DNA of 44,272 bases, taken from the NCBI GenBank assembly GCA_965369865.1, contig CBDURU010000018.1, positions 1-44,272 on the forward strand. The letters are read 5' to 3'. This DNA is from an uncultured bacterium. GTDB taxonomy: Bacteria > JAJVIF01 > JAPKYR01. How positions within the stretch are numbered: the stretch's first letter is position 1; every line of letters starts with the position of its first letter. The notes under the pieces were generated by a model. The model was not told where the DNA came from. It worked only from the letters and a program-made list of their open reading frames with translations, and did no database searches. Shown here piece by piece: positions 37,400 through 44,272 of this stretch. A program made the position numbers and the translations under genes.

Positions 37400-39526
37400 A
37401 TGGGCTTCATGAATTGGATATATCCACCAACTCTGCATCGCCCGCTACGAGCGGGTTTTGTTATTTCATGGGCGATAGCATTCTCGATTATTTTCGCGAT
37501 TGCCCCCGCGAAAGCGGATAACCTGACCCTTGGACAGTGGCTGGATATTGGCTGGGATTACTACAACCTCGGAAACATTGATGAAGCATTCAATACATTC
37601 CTCGAGGTTGTCGACGCTTATCCCGAATCCGGGGAAGCTCACCTGGCGCTTGGTGAAATTTACCTTGAGATCGGAATCACCAACCGAGGCAGAATTGAAC
37701 TCTTAAGAAGCCTGAACCTCGATGACGAATCCGATCTCGCTGCGCGTGCGCACTTCCTGTACGCGAGAAGCATCCGTGAAGAGGACCCTTGGAATGCTTT
37801 GATCCACCTCAATCGTGCCCACCACCTCGGAGGATCACAATCACTCCAATTCGAAATCGGTATTCAACACCGTTTCTGCAGGCTCCTTATTCGTATGGCT
37901 GGAAGAGCGGAAAGCGGCCCTGTAGTCCTGCACTACGCGTCTTTCCTCCTCCTTCAACCTGAGGCCGATGAAATCGCTGCACAGGCTGAAAGCGCCCTGT
38001 ATCAAGCCGAGACTTTCTGTGGTTTCAACGTCACGGAACCGATCCACATTTTTATCTATCCATCCGAACGGGCAGTCCGCGCCGAGATCATGTTCCCTGA
38101 GAACGACTGCGACCCCGTCAACCGGGAATTACATATCCCCTACACTTCCAGTTTCGATTTCCTCCAGCCTCTTTCTGTCCAGGTGATAATCGATTTACAG
38201 AATCATATGAACCGGCATGCCGGGGCAGGATGGGTGTTCGATGCCCTGCCGGTAGCAATCACAGGTCGGATCGAGTGGACTAATGCCGGAACATCCGATG
38301 CGCTAACCGGTTCCGGAGATCAGCTCACTGTAAATATCTCCGTTGACGATGTTGCCCGGGCTCTTTATACAGATCGCGCCCTCGTTGATATCCGCTACCT
38401 TGTCCAGGATGACTACAGCCCGTATGTTACCGGCTCGGTCAGGCTGGCGGAACTCGGAAGTTTCCTTAACTGGGTGCGACGGACATACGAAATGGAAAAA
38501 CTCCAGGAGCTGATTACCCAGCCCAACATTGAGATCATCCTTGGGGATGATCTTGATATCCTTCATCAAGCTTGGTCTACCGATCTGAATTCCGAATCAA
38601 ACCTGATCTCCGACCCCGGCCTTGCCCTTGAGTTTGTCAGGGAACTCCCTCTGTCACAACTCGCCGGTGACCCGGAACTGCCTTTGAATATGCTCAAGGA
38701 AGGCCTTGCTATGTATCTCGCGGGTGACAAAATCAGCGGTACATGGCAGATTCATCAAGCCCTTAACCTGAACCCGGGCCTCGCGATCGGATATTACACA
38801 CTGGGATGGATCGCCTCCGCTGAAAAGGACTGGGAGGAAGCTGAGGAACACCTGAGCATGGCGCTGATGCTGTTCGAGAAACCCCAGGAAATTGCCTGGT
38901 GTCACTCGCTACTGGCTCCGATTTACCTTAAACAAGAGCGATGGGAATACGCGGCGGCAAGCATCAGGCTTATTTCGACTTATGCCGCATCCGATGATTT
39001 GCTCGCCTGGGCACAGGATATCCTTCCTCGTCTCAGCCATATCATCGCTCTGCAAGCCCCCTTCAAACTCGATTCGGATTCCCTCGAATCCAGCCTCATG
39101 AGAAGTTTGTTTGAACAGGTCGACTCCGATCTGAACCCGGTTGAAAATGAGTCCACCTTGAGTACCGATCCAATTCATGGGTCAATTACAAATTATATTT
39201 ACGACTTGATGGAAGAAACCCACGCCCGGACCCTGACGAATTTTTACATGTCCCTCATCGAACAGTTTCCAGGAACAACTTTCCGCCATGAAATCACGGC
39301 AGTCGGGACAGTGGGATCCGCTATTTATGTAGAGGTCCTCGTTCATGCGAATCTTCCGGTATCCTTACAGAACCTTCCACCCGAGTTGCAGGTTCTAAAG
39401 TATGAGGGATATCCCCTTATTTTCCAGGTAATACCAACCGAAACAGGATGGCAGATCCTGGATTGGGAAGATGCATGGTTTCCGGAATCGACCATTTCGA
39501 TTCCAATTCCGCAACCCGCTGATTAA
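37400..39526 (+). CDS. Secreted TPR protein with degenerate peptidase MA-like middle domain
   Basis: Signal ending AKA; TPR helices (AHLALGEIY, GYYTLGWIA); IHIFIYPS...W...GSFLNWVRRTY pattern without HExxH. Confidence 0.68.
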   Translation: MGFMNWIYPPTLHRPLRAGFVISWAIAFSIIFAIAPAKADNLTLGQWLDIGWDYYNLGNIDEAFNTFLEVVDAYPESGEAHLALGEIYLEIGITNRGRIELLRSLNLDDESDLAARAHFLYARSIREEDPWNALIHLNRAHHLGGSQSLQFEIGIQHRFCRLLIRMAGRAESGPVVLHYASFLLLQPEADEIAAQAESALYQAETFCGFNVTEPIHIFIYPSERAVRAEIMFPENDCDPVNRELHIPYTSSFDFLQPLSVQVIIDLQNHMNRHAGAGWVFDALPVAITGRIEWTNAGTSDALTGSGDQLTVNISVDDVARALYTDRALVDIRYLVQDDYSPYVTGSVRLAELGSFLNWVRRTYEMEKLQELITQPNIEIILGDDLDILHQAWSTDLNSESNLISDPGLALEFVRELPLSQLAGDPELPLNMLKEGLAMYLAGDKISGTWQIHQALNLNPGLAIGYYTLGWIASAEKDWEEAEEHLSMALMLFEKPQEIAWCHSLLAPIYLKQERWEYAAASIRLISTYAASDDLLAWAQDILPRLSHIIALQAPFKLDSDSLESSLMRSLFEQVDSDLNPVENESTLSTDPIHGSITNYIYDLMEETHARTLTNFYMSLIEQFPGTTFRHEITAVGTVGSAIYVEVLVHANLPVSLQNLPPELQVLKYEGYPLIFQVIPTETGWQILDWEDAWFPESTISIPIPQPAD

Positions 39527-39560
39527 TAACTCTTTAAAACAACCAACTATGGCCAGGCAT

Positions 39561-39625
39561 GTAACATGTGCATTCTGCGCATGATCTTCTGTAACATGTG
39601 CATTCTGCACATGCTTTCCTGTAAC
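39561..39625 (+). repeat. 30-bp tandem GTAA-type REP-like hairpins x2
   Basis: GTAACATGTGCATTCTGC(G/A)CATG at 39561 and 39591; partial GTAAC at 39621. Confidence 0.8.
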
Positions 39626-39677
39626 CGTTGATATTAATCCAGCAGACTGATAGGATTCTCCCTCAGGTCCGTAACTT

Positions 39678-40412
39678 ATGAGAACCGCGATTGTCTCTGA
39701 CATACATTCGAACGTCGCAGCACTGCAATCAGTACTGGCGAAAATCGATACCCTTGACTGCGACCGCGTGATCTGCGCAGGTGACCTTGTAGGCTACGCT
39801 GCGCACCCGAACGAAGTGCTCGACATGCTTCGCGAACTCCTTACAATTGGAATCCGCGGAAATCACGATATTGCTCTACTCGATCCGATCGAGTCAGAGA
39901 CATTCAACGAATTCGCCAGGGAAGCCCTTTTCTGGACTCGGAGTGTCCTCACCAAAGAAAATTCGAATTATATAAGAACGCTCAAAGACCAGGAACAAAT
40001 CGACGATATCATCATCGCACACGGCAGCCTTCTCGACCCCGATGAATACATTTATTCTCCATTCCAGGCGGCTAGGTCGCTCGAAATCGCGCCTTGCAGG
40101 ATTACCGTGGTCGGGCATACTCATTATCCCGAGGTTTACCGTTTTGAACCGGATACCGGGCTTTGCCGCGATATCCTCGTTTCGGAAGGCGAGGTGGACC
40201 TTGAGGAAGGCTACCGGTACCTTCTTAATGCCGGAAGTGTCGGTCAACCCCGTGACGGCGACTGGCGAGCGGGTTTAGCGATTTACGATAATGAAGGAAG
40301 CGGAAAAATAGAACTCCATCGCCTCGATTATGATGTTCATATGACCATGGATCGCATTATCGAGGTCGGTCTGCCGTCGATGCTTGCTGAACGCCTTCTC
40401 GAAGGTCGCTGA
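39678..40412 (+). CDS. Calcineurin-like metallophosphoesterase
   Basis: SDIHSN, GDLVGY, RGNHD, AHGS, GHTH, NAGSVGQPRDGD. Confidence 0.93.
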   Translation: MRTAIVSDIHSNVAALQSVLAKIDTLDCDRVICAGDLVGYAAHPNEVLDMLRELLTIGIRGNHDIALLDPIESETFNEFAREALFWTRSVLTKENSNYIRTLKDQEQIDDIIIAHGSLLDPDEYIYSPFQAARSLEIAPCRITVVGHTHYPEVYRFEPDTGLCRDILVSEGEVDLEEGYRYLLNAGSVGQPRDGDWRAGLAIYDNEGSGKIELHRLDYDVHMTMDRIIEVGLPSMLAERLLEGR

Positions 40413-40597
40413 TACTCCAGATCCGGATATCCACGAGATAATTTCAAAGAGGTTTCCCCAGGACTTGTAGAATTACCTGTTGATTGTATTAATCTCCGAA
40501 AAAATCATTATAATACGGGTATAACTGGAACGGACATAGGTGATTGTGGTTGTAATTTTTTTCGCATTATGGGGTGTAAAAGAAGGTTACCTTTAAT

Positions 40598-41482
40598 TTG
40601 GTCCTTATAGTAGGTAAAAACGGAAGATACGAAATACTCGGCCAATTTGGTAAAGGCGGCCAGGCTACGGTTTATAAGGCGCAGAACCTTGATCAGCCGG
40701 GAACTGTCTTTGCCCTGAAAGTTGTTCACTATCGCGGAATCAAGATTGAGGCCGTTTACGATGGGGAAACATATCAAAGGTATCACTGGGAATACCTCTT
40801 GACTTCAAGGCTCAATCATCCCCAGATATCCACCGCAACCGATTATGGTGTCGATGAGGAAGCGAAAGTTGTTTTCATGGCAAGGCCGTATGTCGATGGC
40901 CCTACGCTGACTAAAGTTTTGAATCGTAAAAAATTAATTTCTATTGCAGATGGATACAGGATCATCCTTTCACTTGCCGGGGTCCTCGATTACATCCATT
41001 CAAAAAACATCATTCACTGCGATCTCAAGCCCTCAAATATTATCATGAAATTCAATGAACCGATCCTTATCGATTTCGGGCTTGTGGCTGGTGAGGATTC
41101 TCCAGCTTATATGATTGGCGGTACTACCGGAACCATGTCCTACCTGGCTCCGGAAATCCTCGATTTCGAACTGAGGGATAAATTCAGGTATTCTCCAAGC
41201 CGTGACTGGTGGGGCCTTGGATGTATTGCATTCGGTATCTTCACCGGAAAGAGACTCTTCAAAAATACTGAAACAAAGGTTATCAGGGAAAAAATGAACC
41301 GCGGTTTTCCTCAAAAAGCCATTCAGAAAGTGCTCGACGGCCATCCGGGGAAACTCCTCGTTAACGCACTTCTCGAAAGAGACCCAAATAAACGAGCCTC
41401 CTCAAAGTTAGAACTCCAGAAAATCGGTACCTACGTTTCAGAGGAAAATACTCACAGATCCTGGCATTTGCGTAACCAATAA
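40598..41482 (+). CDS. Hanks-type Ser/Thr protein kinase (stand-alone cytoplasmic domain)
   Basis: GKGGQATVY, ALK, HCDLKPSN, DFG, GT..YLAPE, DWWGLG, DP.KR. Confidence 0.93.
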   Translation: MVLIVGKNGRYEILGQFGKGGQATVYKAQNLDQPGTVFALKVVHYRGIKIEAVYDGETYQRYHWEYLLTSRLNHPQISTATDYGVDEEAKVVFMARPYVDGPTLTKVLNRKKLISIADGYRIILSLAGVLDYIHSKNIIHCDLKPSNIIMKFNEPILIDFGLVAGEDSPAYMIGGTTGTMSYLAPEILDFELRDKFRYSPSRDWWGLGCIAFGIFTGKRLFKNTETKVIREKMNRGFPQKAIQKVLDGHPGKLLVNALLERDPNKRASSKLELQKIGTYVSEENTHRSWHLRNQ

Positions 41483-41776
41483 CTGTCCGGACATCTTCTC
41501 TATACTGGTTATTAATCATTATTGCCCATGGCAGTTTGAAGTAAGGATTTCCCCTGCGTGCCGTTAGCTTCCAGCTACCGGACAGCAAGTGCCGACCGCA
41601 TCCTGCGGTCGGATTTTTTTCAGTGACTTTCGCTTCCATCCCCTTCGAAAAACCGGCAAAACGTGCAGACCTCTCCCCGGATGCCCTATCCTATGGGATA
41701 CCTTGTCCAAAACCAGATTATCTTGGACAGCAGTACTATTGGTGGTAGTAAACTTTACTTCCCGATTCAGTCAGCT

Positions 41777-42397
41777 CTACTCCCCTCTAAACATTCCTGC
41801 GATCGCTTCAAATATTAATTCCACCACGCCCAGTTGCACAAGAATTATTATTATAAAAAAAATCCAGCTTATGTTCGCTGCCAGCAAGCCCTGTTTCGCC
41901 ATATTTTCTTTCCGGGCAAATTCAGGAAGTGGATATTCTTTCCTGAGCACCTTGAGTTCCGAGGCATATGATTGCCGGACCGGTTCCGCCAGATCCAGCG
42001 GCTCGTTATAGACGCCTTCCTCCAGTCCGGCCTCCAGCATCAGGCGGTATGAAATATCGATCAGTTTCCTCGCGAAGTCGATCTCCCTTTGGAATTCAAT
42101 GCTCCCGATAGGATCCACTGGCGCCTGGATTCCCGCGAGTATCGCGTAATGGTCGGTTATTTTCTTGAACGCACGGATTACAAGAAGTTTGTATTTAAAT
42201 TTCTGGTTCTTTGCCGTAAGTTCGAACTGAAGCGTCCTTGCACGTGTATGGAGCTTGCTGATCGCCGGTGCAATCACTTTCAGAGGGTTTTTAGCGGACG
42301 CCTGGGGTCCCGATGTTTCATCAAGGTAATTGATAATTGTCCTGAGATCGGGCTTGGGATTTTCAGTAGCGGCTGATATTGTTTCGAGCGAAACCAT
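41777..42397 (-). CDS. Hypothetical protein with C-terminal TM segment
   Basis: 206-aa ATG-initiated ORF filling the gap; hydrophobic C-terminus. Confidence 0.6.
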   Translation of the reverse strand: MVSLETISAATENPKPDLRTIINYLDETSGPQASAKNPLKVIAPAISKLHTRARTLQFELTAKNQKFKYKLLVIRAFKKITDHYAILAGIQAPVDPIGSIEFQREIDFARKLIDISYRLMLEAGLEEGVYNEPLDLAEPVRQSYASELKVLRKEYPLPEFARKENMAKQGLLAANISWIFFIIIILVQLGVVELIFEAIAGMFRGE

Positions 42398-42450
42398 AGT
42401 ATTTATACTATCGGATTATACAGCGCCCGCATTTCGGTTACACCCTGAGC

Positions 42451-42479
42451 TTGACACATTCCCTCCACAAGTATAAACT
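42451..42479 (+). promoter_or_regulatory. Sigma70-type promoter upstream of riboswitch
   Basis: TTGACA-N17-TAAACT. Confidence 0.7.
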
Positions 42480-42485
42480 CCTGTA

Positions 42486-42630
42486 AAAGCCCAGGGGCTT
42501 GGGGAAGTGGATAATTCCCGCTGCCCCCGCAACTGTATCGGGCGACGCTTTTCCAGATACGCCACTGGTTTTCAAGAACCGGGAAGGCATGGACAAAGTG
42601 GCTGACCCCGTAGCCAGGATACCCATCCCC
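42486..42630 (+). ncRNA. Cobalamin riboswitch
   Basis: GGGAA, GCTGCCCCCGCAACTGT, GCCACTGG...CCGGGAAGG, AGCCAGGA.ACC (B12 box). Confidence 0.9.
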
Positions 42631-42697
42631 CTGTGCAACACCGTTAACGCTTTCGGTGGGAAGGCGACGCGGAACTACAAAAATAGTTTCCTCGCGC

Positions 42698-42720
42698 CCG
42701 TCCTTCACCGGACGGTTTTT
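42698..42720 (+). terminator. Riboswitch expression-platform terminator
   Basis: CCGTCC-TTCACC-GGACGG-TTTTT, 28 nt before the start codon. Confidence 0.8.
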
Positions 42721-42748
42721 CATTTCAAATTCAAAGACGAGGTGCTTT

Positions 42749-44149
42749 ATGCGCTGCTACACGATCATTTTTATTTCATTAATTATTTTTACCGTTATAA
42801 CAGGTTTTGGCTGCAGGGGATCCAATCCGATCCTGAACGACATCGGCGATCCTGGATATTCTCAGGTATTGTACGGCTCACGTATGATGGCGCGGTTCGA
42901 TCCGGATTCAGGTTTTGTCTGGCTTGCCGCCCCCCCGGGTATTATTAAACCTGATTCAGAAGTTGCCGTAACTATATCGGACGGGGCATCGAGACTACTC
43001 TCGACCTACCCTGACGGGCGTTTTCTTTACAGGTTCCCCGGTAATGAAGAATCATTTTGTATCGTAACTTGGACTGATACAAACGAAACCTCTCATACCC
43101 AAACTATTGTCGTGACCGATCCCGATGATGATCTGACTGCAAATATCAGGTCAACCGGCCTGTACTGCAACCGGATTTTTGAGTACAAGGGCACTACCTG
43201 GATTATAAATTCCGGCGACGATGAGCTGGCTGTACATGACACGGATTCTCTTGTGAAATTAGCTTCAGATATAGATCTGCCTGAATTTTCAAACCCCTGG
43301 GAAGCTGATTTCAGTTCACCGACAAGTGGACTCATCACCACTTTATTTAACGGGGTTTTCTCTTTCGATATTCAAACTGGTCACACACCCGCGATCACTA
43401 CAGAAGGGTTCCGCGAATTCGCGAGCCCGAACGGTGTGTTTATTGCCGGAATGGGCGGCTGGGTAACGAACACAAACCCGATCAGCTATTTCCCCACCGA
43501 ACACGGACAGGGCTGGATAAGCCAGATCAATATTGAATCCGGTAGCGTGGTTTCAGAAATTGATACTCCCTGGTTGAACCCGCAGTTTGTAATCGCGGAT
43601 AGAAACTACTTATATGTTTCCTGCACAGGAACTGTGGATTTCGTTCCACCGGATTATTTCGCCAACGCTGTTACCGATGGCGGAATTATGGTCCTGAAAC
43701 TATCAACCGGTGAAATTGTAAACACATTCGACCTTGGCCTTGGCGCTCCGGGGCCACTCGCACTCAGCCCTGATAAAAGGTATCTCTATGCCGGAAGCGG
43801 GGTCGCGGCAAACCTTTACAGAATCGACCTTCATCAGGGCACAGTAATCAACGGACCCGATAACCCGATCGTGATCTCCGATTTTCCCGGTTCGTTTATC
43901 CCGTTCATTTCTGAGATGGGGACCGGTTTGATCGCGACCGCCAGTTTCAACGATGACGTGCTTCGTTTTGTCGACTCATACACTGGTGAGCTTGATCCGT
44001 ACCCGTTCTTCAAGCCGGTCGAACTCCATCCCGGTGAACCAGGAGCTTTCTGGGGTCCGCAGGATGGTGTATTTACAAAGAGAAATGGACAAAGTGGTTT
44101 GTTATTCATAACGACAATTAATGGAGCATTTCACTGGCTGGAAATTTAA
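42749..44149 (+). CDS. Cobalamin-regulated lipoprotein with YncE/BtuG-like beta-propeller
   Basis: GAGGTG RBS before ATG 42749; lipobox GFGC; repeated blades (NPWE, SPNG, NPQF, APGPLALSPD); downstream of B12 riboswitch. Confidence 0.78.
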   Translation: MRCYTIIFISLIIFTVITGFGCRGSNPILNDIGDPGYSQVLYGSRMMARFDPDSGFVWLAAPPGIIKPDSEVAVTISDGASRLLSTYPDGRFLYRFPGNEESFCIVTWTDTNETSHTQTIVVTDPDDDLTANIRSTGLYCNRIFEYKGTTWIINSGDDELAVHDTDSLVKLASDIDLPEFSNPWEADFSSPTSGLITTLFNGVFSFDIQTGHTPAITTEGFREFASPNGVFIAGMGGWVTNTNPISYFPTEHGQGWISQINIESGSVVSEIDTPWLNPQFVIADRNYLYVSCTGTVDFVPPDYFANAVTDGGIMVLKLSTGEIVNTFDLGLGAPGPLALSPDKRYLYAGSGVAANLYRIDLHQGTVINGPDNPIVISDFPGSFIPFISEMGTGLIATASFNDDVLRFVDSYTGELDPYPFFKPVELHPGEPGAFWGPQDGVFTKRNGQSGLLFITTINGAFHWLEI

Positions 44150-44272
44150 CAGTAGCCCGACCGTCAGGGAGGATGTTTATAACAGCTTTGTATCAGCTTT
44201 GTATCAGAGCCGCGCACGTTAGTAAGCGGTTTACATATACATGCAACGATAACAGAGCCACGACCGTCAGGG
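44149..44272 (+). repeat. REP/BIME-like cluster running off the window
   Basis: GTAGCCCGACCGTCAGGGAGG, AGAGCCGCGCACGTTAGTAAGCGG, AGAGCCACGACCGTCAGGG; matches 20208-20277. Confidence 0.85.

Noticed and set aside
42403..42948. ORFs 42403-42723, 42438-42641, 42499-42948 and the 42656 start
   Set aside because: Overlap the riboswitch and terminator; real start is ATG 42749 with RBS and signal peptide

Overview
Bacterial (diderm-type) chromosomal window dominated by a minus-strand flagellar filament locus. It contains two ~865-aa paralogous flagellins, flaG, a 1290-aa fliD, a Maf-family glycosyltransferase, fliS, a fliT-like gene and three nonulosonic-acid pathway genes (SpsF-like cytidylyltransferase, NeuB-family synthase, CapD-like dehydratase). 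Between flaG and fliD sits a 7-gene cassette: five paralogous secreted pilin-like beta-sandwich proteins, a two-domain chaperone-like protein and a 920-aa barrel/Ig usher-like protein. It has its own sigma70-type promoter and a 10-bp-phased TTAAT array upstream, and is the best candidate for an undescribed (non-canonical chaperone-usher-like) system. The left flank holds an MCP, an outer-membrane protein, a patatin, gltX, an atypical cysteine-desulfurase-like enzyme and a lipoprotein. The right flank holds an extensin-C/M15-like protein, an Sm-like protein, a TPR protein, a metallophosphoesterase, a Ser/Thr kinase, and a cobalamin riboswitch controlling a beta-propeller lipoprotein. Non-coding highlights are a tandem covarying hairpin motif between the flagellins, a 140-bp MITE nested in a REP, and several REP families. 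All calls come from motif recognition by eye; no database searches were run.
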